DNA of 64,000 bases, taken from positions 3,162,001 through 3,226,000 of the forward strand of contig NW_026948187.1 of the NCBI RefSeq assembly GCF_963921235.1, given 5' to 3'. Positions 62,224 to 64,000 of this stretch are shown piece after piece. How positions within the stretch are numbered: the stretch's first letter is position 1; every line of letters starts with the position of its first letter. Source of the DNA: Mobula hypostoma. Taxonomy: Eukaryota. Under the pieces are notes generated by a model. It ran no database searches and was not told the DNA's origin. It worked only from the letters and a program-made list of their open reading frames with translations. The position numbers and the translations under genes were made by a program.

Positions 62224-62615
62224 CTGCAAGAAGCATAAAACACAATCAGTGGAAATGGAACTTCAAATACGAAATCTACAGAATCTTGAATTCCATTAGA
62301 TAAATTTCCTCAACAATGACTGTTTAGATCAAGGGCAGACTCCCTCCTCTGATCATTATACGCTACTCTGCAAAAGTCTTTGGCAAACATATATATAGTT
62401 AGGTAGACTAAGCGTTTTGCACAATACCGTATTGTCAACGGAGAGCGGAGAACCAGGTTGCAAACATGGCGGAAGAAAATGATGTTGAAAATTATTGTCA
62501 ATTACAGAATGTCTCCCCGGTGCTTCCCGCTCCCTCCCCTCTCCCTCCCACTTTTCCCAACTACGATTCTCTCACCCTGACCCCTTCCCACTCTCAGTCG
62601 ACAACCGACACCCAT

Positions 62616-62700
62616 ATCAGAATCAGATTGAACGTCACCCTCTTAAGTCAAGAGATCAGTTCCTTTTTGTGCGGCAGCAGTACAGTGGAATACACACAAT
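62616..62700 (-). repeat. LINE 3'-tail remnant (Rex1/L2-like)
   Basis: atcagaatcaga...tttgtgcggcagcagtacagtg pattern; a similar remnant lies at about 60115-60200. Confidence 0.4.
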
Positions 62701-64000
62701 TACTACGGTATGGTGGAAAGGTCTCGGGCATCCACGCTATATATAAAATACTGTCACTGGTCATCCTGTCAGCAGTAGTTCCGATGAATTCACTCAGTGT
62801 ACGAGTAATTCCGAACAGCGAAATCTATCCAACTCTATCCAAGTTTCAGACAACCCATTAACCGATTTGAATCCGCTGACCTAAAGCTCGGAGAAGCTGG
62901 TCGTTCAGATTTGACATTGCTCTGACACGTTCAGCGGGAGACCAGGTTTTGCTGCAGCCGATGCTATGTTCAGAAGCCGAAAGTTAACTGGGCAAATGAT
63001 ATTCCTTTGTTTTTTCCCCCCCCCCTCCACGGTTCTGTATCCCCTTCAGATCCTCCTGCCCTTATTAAAGATATTTTCCTCCATTCCTTTGCATTTTATT
63101 TCAGTCGTGGTAAAATAAAAATGCCTCCCGGCAATAATGACCCTCTTTTATCCCCAAAGCAATGCGTCGCTGTCAGAATCTCATGATCTGTTCGTAATCT
63201 TTCAGTGCGCAGATTTTTTGTTCAGTTTTTGTTGCTTCAGAACACTGACCGAGTTGACAGTCAAATGTAAACGCCGACGATAATAAAATCATCAGTTGGG
63301 GACGTCTTTGAATTTCAATAGGAGAATGGAATCGGTTTTGTACCAGGACTACTCTAAATTACTGAGATCACAGTCAATTTTCACTGGTCAAACATTCAAA
63401 AATAAAACACACAGAAAGGACAGTGGCATTTTATAATCGTTGAGTTCCAATCAGAGAATCAAATCCGATACTGATATCGATTGGACGAGGATCGTCAGAG
63501 GAGAGTGATTGATTGTGAGGAGACTTTAACGATAATATAGTAAAACTGAGATCCCTTTCCCTTTTTTTTGAATAAAATGCCTATGTATTTCAAGGAAGAA
63601 TTCTGAACTTCGAATGGAATTGCAGAATTCAGTCCATACAGACAACTACATTTTCTGCTGCACAGTGTTATTCAGATGAATATTGTTTGAAATAACCAGA
63701 GAATAAGAGAGTCGATAATATTCACCATAATGTAACTTCTCTCAGGAGAAGACAGATAATAAGCAGTCTCTCATTATCATCATTATAACCCAGTTCGGTG
63801 AAAGCCTCAGAGTGACGTTTGAAAAGCGAATGAAGGACTGTTTTAAATCACGTGAATTACCACAGGAAAGGGCAGAGGTGAAACAATTCAGACATTTGCT
63901 GACAAATTCCGATAATGCGGAGATGGAGCTGCAGCGGGACGAATGCCAGTGGTGAACCGTCAGGAAAGGACCACGGATTCCCTGGACAGGCCGAGAGTTT

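Noticed and set aside
63661-63700. CACAGTG heptamer as a V(D)J recombination signal near the GPCR
   Set aside because: No acceptable ACAAAAACC nonamer at 12 or 23 bp spacing, and no Ig/TCR segments in the window.
62310-64000. Candidate exon 1 for GPCR #3
   Set aside because: No ATG-initiated, stop-free segment ending in G.P-G|gt was found; the candidate near 63345 contains an in-frame stop.

Overview
Eukaryotic, repeat-dominated window from a cartilaginous fish, probably a ray (inferred from the repeat families and gene types; not verified by search). Host genes: (1) a tandem C2H2 zinc-finger gene with 13 intact fingers and no visible effector domain (20912-22033); (2) three divergent two-exon rhodopsin-class GPCRs of the GPR139/GPR142 type within about 31 kb. 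One GPCR is apparently intact (33708-31919, minus), one has an in-frame TGA at a conserved TM7 Cys (43837-45859, plus), and one has a 1-bp frameshift with no first exon found in the window (62223-61321, minus). The rest is mostly mobile DNA: a full-length dead L1 with a 14-bp TSD, a PNMA-type-gag Gypsy provirus (tRNA-Pro PBS, -1 frameshift site, mismatched LTRs), many CR1 LINE pieces including a young subfamily, Rex1-type LINE fragments, solo LTRs, a nested hAT MITE and Penelope-like remnants. There are two N gaps. The best candidate for an undescribed system is the GPR139-like cluster: near-absent N-termini, conserved cytoplasmic motifs, variable pocket residues, birth-and-death lesions, and an O/E(EBF)-like site 11-12 bp upstream of TATAAAT in both visible promoters, which together suggest an unrecognised chemosensory receptor repertoire. 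All alignments were done by eye, and repeat boundaries without a TSD are approximate.
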